A stretch of 64,000 nt of DNA, from IMG/VR virus record IMGVR_UViG_2609459792_000007; one strand, given 5' to 3'. Of this stretch, positions 29,021-38,330 are shown piece by piece. The number at the start of each line of letters is the position of its first letter. Within the stretch, counting starts at the first letter, position 1. The notes under the pieces are model-generated. The model was not told where the DNA came from and did not search any database. It saw only the letters and a list, made by a program, of their open reading frames with translations. The position numbers were made by a program, and so were the translations under genes. The DNA is from a virus. Taxonomy: Duplodnaviria > Heunggongvirae > Uroviricota > Caudoviricetes.

Positions 29021-29432
29021 GAAACTCTACGATGCCGCAAACGCGGCTCTGGATGTTATTGATGATGAAGTATCAAAAGGCTTTCCTGAACCTGATTGGG
29101 CGCATCAACTACGAAATGCTATCGCCGAAATGAATCCACCAGATCCGACCACCGACGAGACAGACTGGCAGCGATTTATCCGTATGTACGCTCAGGAAAT
29201 AGGTCCAACGCCAACGGCAGAGCAAGCAATGCTGCTGAAATACTTCAAAGAGGCGGGAGAGGATTTACCAATTGATGACTCAGCATATTGGTTCCACTGC
29301 GCATGGCGTAAGTATGACGTGATATTCACACAAGGCATGGGGAGCAAAGATATGGTTGTGTGGCATCTACTCCATATAGACACAGCCGTTGACAGAGTCA
29401 TTGAACAGTTTTTCCCTAAACAAGAAGATTGA
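29007..29432 (+). CDS. Hypothetical protein
   Basis: 141-aa ORF with RBS aaaggag. Confidence 0.45.
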   Translation: MAAIKKLYDAANAALDVIDDEVSKGFPEPDWAHQLRNAIAEMNPPDPTTDETDWQRFIRMYAQEIGPTPTAEQAMLLKYFKEAGEDLPIDDSAYWFHCAWRKYDVIFTQGMGSKDMVVWHLLHIDTAVDRVIEQFFPKQED

Positions 29433-29487
29433 TCGCCTATTCATAACTAACAAAATAAGTAAACACTAACCACAAAAGGAAAAACAC

Positions 29488-29763
29488 ATGAGAGTTTTAG
29501 TTCGAATCGTTACCAGCACTGTCTATGACGTGTTTCCGCTTTTTATGGTCAAAGCCGATGGTCTTAACGACGAAGAAACTGACGCGCTGATCCAGCGTAT
29601 TCTCGTTGAATATACAGGTCATGACGCTGATTCAGTGATGGTTGATGATGATGGTGTTTGTTGGCATAACGGCAACTGTTGGTACGTAGAAGAGACTCAA
29701 CAAATCAGTGATGAAGATGCCGCACATCTTGAGCGTATTTTAAGCATCAGCACTTTTGAGTGA
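29488..29763 (+). CDS. Hypothetical acidic small protein
   Basis: 91 aa; conserved aaaaggaaaaacacATG start context. Confidence 0.45.
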   Translation: MRVLVRIVTSTVYDVFPLFMVKADGLNDEETDALIQRILVEYTGHDADSVMVDDDGVCWHNGNCWYVEETQQISDEDAAHLERILSISTFE

Positions 29764-29978
29764 GTTTACAGTAAAATTTATATAAGTTAGTATCTACCTA
29801 TCATGAAGATTTTTATTGAATACTTGTTACTCATCGTGTCAATAGCTTTTGTCATCGACTGCATTTTCACTGGTGTCATTCGTAAAGTCTTTTCCCCGGT
29901 GAACGACGTAGTCATAAACGCTTTGGCTATCGTGCTCGTATTTAATTCAGCATTTGATGTAATCAAAGAGGTGGCAGC

Positions 29979-30314
29979 ATGAAGGCCATCCCATTTGCGC
30001 TGTTGTTCCTTTCTTCGATCGTTGTGGCCGACACCACTGTTTATCAGTGTGAAATGTCTGTAGCCGACGTTAAGAATGGCGCTCTTACCGACGTCATAAA
30101 AGCACCATATGGAGCGATGGTCGTAGACAGCGGCGACCAGTTCTATGTTGTGCGTGACGATCGAGTGTTGTCATCCCCATATCTCACAAATCGTAATGGC
30201 AAATTAACCGGCGTCGGAGAAGACCACTTCGTATACAACAAATACAAGGGCTTCTATGGCGTTCACGCTTCTCAGCAAAGCTACCTTTTCGATGACTGCA
30301 AGGAGGTTGGATAA
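29979..30314 (+). CDS. Secreted small protein (signal peptide)
   Basis: N-terminal MKAIPFALLFLSSIVVA signal-like segment; two Cys. Confidence 0.45.
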   Translation: MKAIPFALLFLSSIVVADTTVYQCEMSVADVKNGALTDVIKAPYGAMVVDSGDQFYVVRDDRVLSSPYLTNRNGKLTGVGEDHFVYNKYKGFYGVHASQQSYLFDDCKEVG

Positions 30315-30526
30315 TGGCATTAACACTGGCAGGTCTGGAAATCGAGAAAACAAGCGGCTACTGGCGTGCTAAGGGTTTCAAGCAGCCTGGCATTCTTGAG
30401 CGTCTGGAACGTGAAGATGGGTATATCGTCCACCAGCGGCGTGAATGGCGTATGTACGATCCAGAAACAGGAAAACTGACTACAAAAGCCGGAACACTTT
30501 GGGGTCTGTTGAAGAAAATACACTAA
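30314..30526 (+). CDS. Hypothetical small protein
   Basis: 70-aa ORF overlapping previous stop. Confidence 0.35.
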   Translation: MALTLAGLEIEKTSGYWRAKGFKQPGILERLEREDGYIVHQRREWRMYDPETGKLTTKAGTLWGLLKKIH

Positions 30527-30569
30527 TAGCACCAACCACTGCGGTGAGTAGTCTACTCACCGCATTCGT

Positions 30570-31012
30570 ATCCAGCTCATTATCCACTGTAGTCAGTAAC
30601 AAAACCTTCCTACATATCTGCTAACCACTGTAGCGAGTAGACAGCCTTTCATTCGCATCAAACAACCACTATGGTGAGTATTGGAGTGAGATGTCCAGCG
30701 GGTATCCACTATGGTGAGTAAGCCTTTGCTGTTTTCAGTGGATATCCACTCGCCACAGTGGATACGCTCAAAGATGAGGGCGACAACAACCACTATAGAC
30801 AGTAAATTTTCCAAGATACCCAGTGACCACTAACCTCGCAGCCCTTGTTTCATCAGTGTTAGTGATCACTAACATTTAATTCAGTATTTGCATTCTACTG
30901 CCTACAGTGGTTATCAACAGATAACGATACTCACTATAGTGGATAGCGAATTACAGATATAAGTAAGGCTCACTACAGTGGATAGTGAGTCTTACTACTA
31001 ACTACAGTGGTT
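30570..31012. repeat. Iteron array downstream of repA (incA-like), at least 10 copies
   Basis: Repeated CCACTRTRG / CYAYAGTGG cores, e.g. ccactgtagtcagtaac, ccactatggtgagta (x2), ctcactatagtggatagcg, ctcactacagtggatagtgag; orientation switches near 30900. Confidence 0.8.
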
Positions 31013-31015
31013 GGG

Positions 31016-32071
31016 CTATTTGCGAGTCTTTGCCTTGCGCAACTCTTCGAGAAGCGCCAGTTCTTCTTTACTCAACATGACCATTTTGCCTTCTTTTTCG
31101 TCAGGCACAACGTCGATAATGTCATCTTGATTCTCATCTGGGAGGCTATATTCCGTCTCATCATTATCGATTTTTGTTGATATTTGTGCCTGGCGTAACT
31201 TTGGCCGCCTATAGTGGATGACGAAGTAGACCGAGTTTCCGCGCTTAACTTCCGTGTAATCGAGATATCCTATCTCTCGCAGCTGTTCCATAGCCTTTCT
31301 TACCGTCGCATTCTGAGTAATAGTGCGACTTGTCAGATTAAGTCTGGCGCGTAAACGGGCTAGTGATATTGGTGCCGGATCAGGCGGCAAACTTTCAATA
31401 AAAGTATAAAGCGCCTGAGCGGATTCTTTTCTTGAGAGTTCGTTTATAGCCCGGAGTTGCAGAAGAACCTTTTTGTCGAACTGGTAGAGTTCGAAAATCT
31501 TGGGATCTGCTTTCAGTTCGACCGTATCGTGCTTGACACTATATTTTGCCGTTTGCACAAGATGCGTTACGTAAAACTCATCAGAGCCTTTGCTACGGAA
31601 CGAGATGGTATTTGTGGCAATACGGCTTAGCGAACTGTCCAGGCGTTTGCGTAACTTCGCTGATGACCTGGCGGTCGGAATGCCACACAGCCTTACAAAC
31701 TCAACGAACGGCAACGTGACAGTATCGCCAACGACCTTGTGTTTGGCAAACGCGTGGATTATTCCCACCCACGTTTTAAAGTCGTTATCCATATCAAGCC
31801 GAAGGCCAGAGATCCTTATGTCTTCGTACCCTTCGGCTTTTGCCAGAGACAGCTGTTTGAGTTCAGCAGAGGCATCCATAGAGACCATTTGCCCCTTTCT
31901 TCCTCTGGATGTCGATTTCAGCGTCGGAACGAAGAGGCCCAGACGCATCAAAGCAACAGGCTGAACAGTGTTATTAGTGTTAGGAACCAACGTAACAACT
32001 TCGCCTGTCTTTTTATCTGTTTCTGAAAATGCTTCAACGATCGCTATGTTTTTATTGCCGTTTTCGCTCAT
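31016..32071 (-). CDS. repA: RepA/RepE-family iteron-binding replication initiator
   Basis: 351 aa; flanked by iteron arrays on both sides; from memory resembles RepFIB/P1-type RepA (not searched). Confidence 0.75.
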   Translation of the reverse strand: MSENGNKNIAIVEAFSETDKKTGEVVTLVPNTNNTVQPVALMRLGLFVPTLKSTSRGRKGQMVSMDASAELKQLSLAKAEGYEDIRISGLRLDMDNDFKTWVGIIHAFAKHKVVGDTVTLPFVEFVRLCGIPTARSSAKLRKRLDSSLSRIATNTISFRSKGSDEFYVTHLVQTAKYSVKHDTVELKADPKIFELYQFDKKVLLQLRAINELSRKESAQALYTFIESLPPDPAPISLARLRARLNLTSRTITQNATVRKAMEQLREIGYLDYTEVKRGNSVYFVIHYRRPKLRQAQISTKIDNDETEYSLPDENQDDIIDVVPDEKEGKMVMLSKEELALLEELRKAKTRK

Positions 32072-32099
32072 TCCAAATGTCTCTTGTTATTCGACGGCT

Positions 32100-32240
32100 T
32101 TGGTGGCCTTTGCTGATTACAGTGGATAGTAGCACTCATCACAGCGGTTATCCTACCGTCTATAGTGGTTTTTCTCCTCTCTATAGTGGTTGCTTTGCTC
32201 CCTATAGTGGATTGTTCGCTCTCTATAGTGGATATCGATC
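32100..32240. repeat. Iteron array upstream of repA (origin/promoter-proximal), about 5 copies
   Basis: ttacagtggatag, ctatagtggtttttc, ctatagtggttgc, ctatagtggattg, ctatagtggatat at ~21-22 bp spacing. Confidence 0.8.
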
Positions 32241-32280
32241 ATGTCTGAAGGCAGATGGCACAACGGTTTGAGGTGGGCGG

Positions 32281-32500
32281 GGATCTTATTGGGTCTTTAT
32301 GGGTCTCTTTGGTTCTCTTTGTGATCTGAATTACTGGATCGGGCCTGTGGATAAAAATCAGAGAATTTCAAGAACAGGTAACTCTACTCTTCTGTGGATA
32401 TTTAAGGACATAAGAATCATGACTAAGAGTAGAGTTTAAAATATATCTATGTATATCAGTATGTTAATGAAGAATTAAGTCATTAAGTTATCCATAAAAG
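32281..32500. other. Origin-like region: GATC cluster, DnaA boxes, AT-rich unwinding stretch
   Basis: GATC sites at 32282-32340; tgtggataa (32347-32355, perfect reverse DnaA box) and tgtggatat (32393-32401); AT-rich 32437-32500; ttatccata near 32489. Confidence 0.65.
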
Positions 32501-32504
32501 ACAA

Positions 32505-32715
32505 TGTGCTCTACTCTCTACAGTGGATATATACAGCTCTCCAGAGTGGTTGTTTTACTCTTCATAGCGGTTATTCAGCTCTCTACAGAGGTTTCTTTGC
32601 TCTCCATAGTGGATGGCAACACCCTTTCAGACCAGTAACCGCAACGGCTAGAGGCGATCGGGGATCTCTTTGGATCTTCTATTTGATCTTACTTGGGATC
32701 TCTTATTTGGATCTA
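32505..32715. repeat. Second iteron set plus second GATC cluster
   Basis: ctctacagtggatat, ctccagagtggttg, ttcatagcggttat, ctctacagaggttt, ctccatagtggatgg, then six GATC within 32655-32715. Confidence 0.7.
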
Positions 32716-32814
32716 TCCAGTGGATAACTGGGATAAGTAAAACAGGCAAATGCAGATTAAGGTATGCCTAATGAGTTATCGTAGCATCGGCCAATAACTA
32801 CTGAAAAAACGATT

Positions 32815-33459
32815 ATGGATCTAAAACGCACGCGCTGGGTTCGTCGTCTTGAGGACGGCTCCTACACTATCGAATCAAATTCCAACCTGAATAAGCAGAA
32901 GTTACTTTGTGATATCTGCGGTATAGCGGCGAAGTGCCCGATCTACGAAACCAGAATTAAACTTGATAAGGCTGGTGTGAACTTTCATTTGAATAGTTGT
33001 ATCAGGTACGTTCCATTGCTCGCATTTCGTAAACCGATCATCGGATTGGATGCGCCCTACTTCAACACACTCCGTTCAGGGGTAACGTGGCGAGATCGTT
33101 TATCACCAGACAAGCTGATTTGCCTCGTATCCGCAGACACAGGGAAAATCATCCGTTTTGGGAAAGTAGACAAGGTTTACTCAGGCCCAGTTGACGAGAT
33201 GTTGCGGAAACACAGCCGGTTTAATCACCTCTGCATGGGTGGTGAGAAAATCGAGAAGGTTGAAGAAGTGATCCGCAAATCCTACGGACACTTCCTGACC
33301 AAAGATAGCCTGCTCACTGCAATCTACATCAGACATGTAAAACGTGAGTTCGACCTTGAATACCATAGCGAAGAAGAACTGAACCTTGTCGATCCACGTC
33401 CTAAAGCTGGCGTCATAAGCATAAATGCAGCGCGTAAAAAGCCCACTGACGCGCTGTAA
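32815..33459 (+). CDS. Hypothetical protein
   Basis: 214-aa ORF beside the replicon. Confidence 0.45.
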   Translation: MDLKRTRWVRRLEDGSYTIESNSNLNKQKLLCDICGIAAKCPIYETRIKLDKAGVNFHLNSCIRYVPLLAFRKPIIGLDAPYFNTLRSGVTWRDRLSPDKLICLVSADTGKIIRFGKVDKVYSGPVDEMLRKHSRFNHLCMGGEKIEKVEEVIRKSYGHFLTKDSLLTAIYIRHVKREFDLEYHSEEELNLVDPRPKAGVISINAARKKPTDAL

Positions 33460-33713
33460 CCCTCCAGATCGTATATTGGCGTAGATAGAATCTACGCCCC
33501 CTCAAAATAGCTCTCATAGCGTTCTACAGTGATCCTGTCTTATTTTTAGTCATACAGACAAGCAAAGTTGCGCCACGATAAATAGGTATATACTTACTTA
33601 TAAATTTTGTATATTAAGGCGCTCGTTTCATTCCTAACATACCGTTATGCATAGTTGTTTACCTCCTCATTGCTCTTAGAATTTGTATCAAAATAACCAC
33701 AAAGGAAAAACAC

Positions 33714-34799
33714 ATGACTTTGCCATACGGCGTCATTTCTGACTGCCACTACCACAAATGGGATGCGTTCTCCACGACGAACGCTGAGGGGCTTAACTCC
33801 AGACTTGAAATACAGTTGGAAGCAACGAAAGAAGCAGCCATCGCCATGAAGAAGGCCGGTTGTAAGTACATGTTGGTTGCCGGTGATACATTTCACGTCC
33901 GAGGAACTGTGTCCCCTTCTGTTTTGCATTACGTAACTGAAACGTACAAGTGGATTATCAACGAGCTTGATCTGACAGTAGTAATGCTGGCCGGTAATCA
34001 CGATCTTGAAACCAACGATTCAGTATATAGCGCCAACGCAGCAGCATCGCTGAGTTCTATCGGCGTGGTAATCGTATGTGGCAAGCGCCCACACTCAATA
34101 AAAATTGGTGATGTGACTGTCCACCTGATTAGCTGGCGTAACAATCATGCGGAGCTTATCAGCGATCTGAAAGCATTACGTAAGAGCGTAGAAGGTGATA
34201 ATCATGACGTTGTTATCCATACATCCATTAACAAAGCCATTCCAACAATGCCTGACGTCGGTATCGATGCGCAGGAGTTAAAGGATATCGGCTTTCGTCT
34301 CGTGCTTAGTGGGCATTACCACAACCACAAAGAGGTCATTCCTGGAGTTATCAGTGTCGGTGCACTGACTCATCAAAATTGGGGAGATGTTGGATCTCTG
34401 GCTGGCTACATGATCGTAAACCCGGACGGCAGTTTCAGTCACTACGAAACCAGTGCGCCTAAATTCATTAACCTGGAAGATGATGTTGCTGATGACCAAA
34501 TTCGCGGCAACTACGTGCGTTTCCGCGCCTTAATTGAGAACGATGAAGAAGGCATTAAGTACCAGAACATCCTCAAAACAATGGGTGCAAAAGGTGTCGT
34601 GTGCAACTTCATCCGTAAGTCATCAATGATGGAAGGTACAGCCAGCACAACTGAAACCAGCAAAATCGATAGCCTTGGAGAGTCGGTATCTGCTTATTGC
34701 AAGATTGTCCACGATACTGACGGCGGATTTGATCTGAGCAAATTGGATATTTTGTGTCAGGAAATCCTCACCGAAGCGGAGAGTTCGGAGGCTGTGTGA
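33714..34799 (+). CDS. SbcD/Mre11-like nuclease (calcineurin-like phosphoesterase)
   Basis: Motifs ISDCHYH, VAGDTFH, LAGNHD, SGHYH; conserved cacATG start context. Confidence 0.75.
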   Translation: MTLPYGVISDCHYHKWDAFSTTNAEGLNSRLEIQLEATKEAAIAMKKAGCKYMLVAGDTFHVRGTVSPSVLHYVTETYKWIINELDLTVVMLAGNHDLETNDSVYSANAAASLSSIGVVIVCGKRPHSIKIGDVTVHLISWRNNHAELISDLKALRKSVEGDNHDVVIHTSINKAIPTMPDVGIDAQELKDIGFRLVLSGHYHNHKEVIPGVISVGALTHQNWGDVGSLAGYMIVNPDGSFSHYETSAPKFINLEDDVADDQIRGNYVRFRALIENDEEGIKYQNILKTMGAKGVVCNFIRKSSMMEGTASTTETSKIDSLGESVSAYCKIVHDTDGGFDLSKLDILCQEILTEAESSEAV

Positions 34800-35028
34800 A
34801 GCAAAGTCGTTATGGGAGCTTTCGAGACTTTGCCATCACGATGAAAAGACTTGAACGAGGCCAGACGGTGATTTTTCACAAGCCCTCCCCGCCACAAGGA
34901 AATCCCGTAGCGTTTTATCTTGGAAGGTTAACAAGAAAAGGCGTATTGAGGCGCAGATCCTTCCCGGCGCATACGGAGTTCAGATTGAAAGAAGGCCAAA
35001 AGCTAACACACGGTATCAGAGGTGTTAT

Positions 35029-36945
35029 ATGAAGTTTTTAAAGCTCCAGGTTGAGAATTTTATGGCTATCGCCAGCGCGGAGGTCGAGTTAGATCAGCGT
35101 GGTTTAGTGCTTATTCAGGGTGTTAATAGTGATGATAGTTCCGCATCAAGTAATGGCTCTGGAAAGTCAACTCTAATGAATAGCCTGATGTGGTGTCTTT
35201 ATGGCGAAACAGCTCATGGTGTGAAGGGTGACGATGTGTTGTCTACCGACCATGAAAAGAACTGTCGTGTTGCAGTAACCATCGAGGATGAAGGCAAGAG
35301 ATACGCAATCATTCGTCACCGTAAACACAAAGAGTTCAAAAATCGTCTTATCGTTCGTGGTGAAGATGGCGATATGACGAAAGGCAAAGATGCGCTGACG
35401 CAGGAGTTCGTCGAGCGTCTGATCGGTGCATCTAAAGAGGTTTTCATGGCTTCCATCTATGCGAGCCAAGAAGCTATGCCAGATTTACCTGGAATGTCCG
35501 ACAAAAACCTCAAAACCATCGTAGAAGAAGCCGCTGGCGTTGACAGACTGACACGCGCCTACGCTATTGCTCGTGAGCGAGCTAATGCAGCTGCCGCACG
35601 TATGGATGTGGTTAAAACCAAATTGGAGTCGACAATCTCGACCATTGAGGCAACACAGTCAGAAATTGAGTCAGCGAAAGCCTCCTCTGAATCATGGGAG
35701 CAAGAGCGTTCTAAACGTTATGACGATGCCCTGGCTGGGCTGGCCAGTGCCGAAGTTGAGTTAACGGAAGTTGAACTTGAGATCCGCACTCTTCCCGAAC
35801 AGATACGTGATACCGAGAAGGCAATCGAAAGTGAGCGCAAAAAGTTAGCCTCAAAAGAAGAACATGACGCCAAGTTGCTCAAAGTTCGTGGTGCGATAAC
35901 TGATATTCGGGCAAGCATCAAAGCTACAGAAAATAGTCAGGCTGATGCAATGAACCGCGCGCGTAATTTTAAGACCAAAGCAGAAGAGGTTGGTACTAAA
36001 GTGGGATCACCATGCCCTACTTGTGGCAAAGCCTACTGCGAAGAAGATCTATCAACGGTGAAGGAGAGTTTCATTGAACAAGCACGTCAGGAAATTGGTC
36101 AGGCGAAGACACTTGCAGAGGCAATGGCTAAACACAAAACGAATCTTGAGAAAGCGTTAAGCATTGAGTCTGCCCTTGTTAAAACGACACCTGATGTAAC
36201 GGCTATCATTGCCCGGATTGAAGAGCTTACGAAACAACTCTCATCTTTGCGTCATCGTGAGAAGGAGGTTGTTGCTATTGAGTCTCTTGTGACTCGTGCT
36301 CGTACTGAGGTCGATCGTATATCAAAAGAGATTAATCCGTTTATTGCTCTTATCGCCAGACACGAAGATAACTTGGTATCCAGTAAGTCTACCTTCAAGT
36401 CCTTAAAAGATGAGTTGAAGGCTATTCAGGAACAAACGTTGCTATTGGAAAAAGCTCGTCAGGTCTACTCTCCTGCCGGGGTGCGTTCTCATATTTTGAC
36501 GTCTGTTACGCCTTTCCTGAATACACGCACTGCCGAGTATCTCAATACGTTGTCTGACGGGAATATTACTGCTGAGTGGTCGACGATGGATGTCACTAAA
36601 AAAGGTGAGTATCGCGACAAATTCAACATTAGTGTGCAGAAGAAAGGTTCAAGTAAGTCGTTCCAGACCCTCTCTGGTGGTGAGAAGCGGAAGGTTCGCA
36701 TTGCGTGTTCTTTGGCATTGCAGGATCTGGTTAGTAACCGGGCGAGTAAAAACATCGATTTGTTTATCGGCGACGAAATTGACGATGCACTCGATACAGC
36801 CGGTCTTGAACGCCTCATGGGTATTCTGGAGTCCAAAGCTCGCGAGCGAGGTACTGTGCTGATTATCTCCCATAAAGAGATGAAGTCATGGTTCCGGGAA
36901 ACTATTACGCTGGAAGTTAAAGAGGGGCGCAGCTATGTCGTTTAA
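35029..36945 (+). CDS. SbcC/Rad50-like ATPase
   Basis: Walker A GSGKST, long coiled coil with CPTCGK hook-like CxxC, signature LSGGEKRKV, D-loop LFIGDEIDDALD. Confidence 0.8.
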   Translation: MKFLKLQVENFMAIASAEVELDQRGLVLIQGVNSDDSSASSNGSGKSTLMNSLMWCLYGETAHGVKGDDVLSTDHEKNCRVAVTIEDEGKRYAIIRHRKHKEFKNRLIVRGEDGDMTKGKDALTQEFVERLIGASKEVFMASIYASQEAMPDLPGMSDKNLKTIVEEAAGVDRLTRAYAIARERANAAAARMDVVKTKLESTISTIEATQSEIESAKASSESWEQERSKRYDDALAGLASAEVELTEVELEIRTLPEQIRDTEKAIESERKKLASKEEHDAKLLKVRGAITDIRASIKATENSQADAMNRARNFKTKAEEVGTKVGSPCPTCGKAYCEEDLSTVKESFIEQARQEIGQAKTLAEAMAKHKTNLEKALSIESALVKTTPDVTAIIARIEELTKQLSSLRHREKEVVAIESLVTRARTEVDRISKEINPFIALIARHEDNLVSSKSTFKSLKDELKAIQEQTLLLEKARQVYSPAGVRSHILTSVTPFLNTRTAEYLNTLSDGNITAEWSTMDVTKKGEYRDKFNISVQKKGSSKSFQTLSGGEKRKVRIACSLALQDLVSNRASKNIDLFIGDEIDDALDTAGLERLMGILESKARERGTVLIISHKEMKSWFRETITLEVKEGRSYVV

Positions 36946-37678
36946 ATTAAGCCGCTCGCAGTTTTTGCAGGTATTTGCAGTGATGCAGTCGATAAAACTG
37001 ATCAATGGGCATACTTCCAATGGTGCGGCTCCACGTATTCTGTGGGGCAGCAACAATATTGACGGAGTACAATTCGCCGCGTTGCTTGGTCTAATATCCG
37101 AGACGCCATTGATGCAAAGTTTGAAATCACTACCACCTGGATGTATTGCGCCGATCCTGATTAATCCTTTTGTTGAGGGGGGATATCTTCCCAACGTCGG
37201 GCCTGGGTTTATTGCATCCCATGAAACTGAAGATCTTAACATTAATAGCGAAGGGTTCTTTGGGGGAATGGGTGCGCATCACTGTATGGCTTTCACGAAC
37301 CTTATTCGACTTGCCAATAAGCGGGTGGATAGTTTGGCATCGCCAGGTGATGCTTTTACTGGTTTCCTTATCCAAAGGAGGGATAAAAAGTACAGTGCGG
37401 ACAAACTACAGTTTGTTGGTAAGTATGGAGAAATGGTAGAAATCGAACTTCAGCTCCCTCATGTTTTAGCAAACGATAGTGCAGACAGTCGGAGGCTATT
37501 GGGCATCATGCGTCATTTCATAGCAAGTGGTGTTAAACATGCCGCAGATAAACGTGTCACGCAGGAAAATGAGTATTCAGACTTTGCAAACTATCCCCAA
37601 CCAACGTTGCAAACGGCAATAGTAGCCAATTCGTTGGAGGCGAGATTATTGGAAAACCCTATATGGGGAACATGGTAA
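36935..37678 (+). CDS. Hypothetical protein
   Basis: 247-aa ORF overlapping SbcC-like stop; no recognised motif. Confidence 0.4.
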   Translation: MSFKLSRSQFLQVFAVMQSIKLINGHTSNGAAPRILWGSNNIDGVQFAALLGLISETPLMQSLKSLPPGCIAPILINPFVEGGYLPNVGPGFIASHETEDLNINSEGFFGGMGAHHCMAFTNLIRLANKRVDSLASPGDAFTGFLIQRRDKKYSADKLQFVGKYGEMVEIELQLPHVLANDSADSRRLLGIMRHFIASGVKHAADKRVTQENEYSDFANYPQPTLQTAIVANSLEARLLENPIWGTW

Positions 37679-37687
37679 GGAGACTAT

Positions 37688-38257
37688 ATGAGTAAAAAAA
37701 TCAGCGTAGTTGGTGTTGATCCCTCAATGAGCAACTTTGGGCTTGCTGTGGGCACTTTAGACCTTGAGACGGACGAACTTGAGATTCACGGCCTTACTCT
37801 TGTTGAGACTAAAGCGGGGAGTAACAAAAAGACCGTTCGTGTGAACAGTGACGATCTGCGCCGCGCCAGTGAAATATGGCGTGTTGCGAAGCCAATCATT
37901 GATAAGGCAAATATGGTTTTTTGTGAGCTACCGGTTGGGAGCCAAAACTCTCGTTCGCAGACGTCTTACGGTATTTGTATCGGTGTACTTGCGTGTGTGG
38001 ATAAGCCATTGATCCAGGTTACTCCAAACGAAATCAAGCATTTTGTCGGCAATAAACTTACTACATCGAAAGAAGAGATTATCCAGTGGGCTACGAAAAA
38101 ACACCCTAAAGCACCGTGGCTGCGTCGTAAGCAATCTGGACAGGATGTTCTCGTGAACAAAAACGAACATTTGGCTGATGCGGTGGCTGCCATCCATACC
38201 GGTATGCAAACAGATCAGTTCCGCCAGGTGCGCGATGTTCTTAAGTCTCTCATTTGA
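37688..38257 (+). CDS. RuvC-like Holliday junction resolvase (RNase H fold)
   Basis: N-terminal VVGVDPSMSNFGLAV resembles the RuvC first catalytic motif; 189 aa. Confidence 0.5.
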   Translation: MSKKISVVGVDPSMSNFGLAVGTLDLETDELEIHGLTLVETKAGSNKKTVRVNSDDLRRASEIWRVAKPIIDKANMVFCELPVGSQNSRSQTSYGICIGVLACVDKPLIQVTPNEIKHFVGNKLTTSKEEIIQWATKKHPKAPWLRRKQSGQDVLVNKNEHLADAVAAIHTGMQTDQFRQVRDVLKSLI

Positions 38258-38291
38258 TTTCATTGATAGGTAAGTGCTTATCTATTAACAT

Positions 38292-38320
38292 GGGCCACTA
38301 TATTTAGTGGCCCTCTTTAT
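38292..38320 (+). terminator. Terminator after resolvase gene
   Basis: gggccacta-tattt-agtggccc hairpin then T-rich. Confidence 0.55.
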
Positions 38321-38330
38321 TTGGTGATAC

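Noticed and set aside
31590-32026. Plus-strand ORFs (124 and 95 aa) inside repA
   Set aside because: Antisense to the RepA-like initiator, which has iterons positioned appropriately on both sides.
30570-32640. Possible CRISPR array (short repeats at regular spacing)
   Set aside because: Repeats are ~9-13 bp cores at ~21-22 bp spacing in both orientations around an initiator gene, with DnaA boxes and GATC clusters, which is iteron/origin architecture; no cas genes present.
34754-35032. 92-aa + strand ORF bridging SbcD and SbcC
   Set aside because: Overlaps the 3' end of the SbcD-like gene in another frame; SbcC has its own ATG at 35029 with a typical N-terminus.
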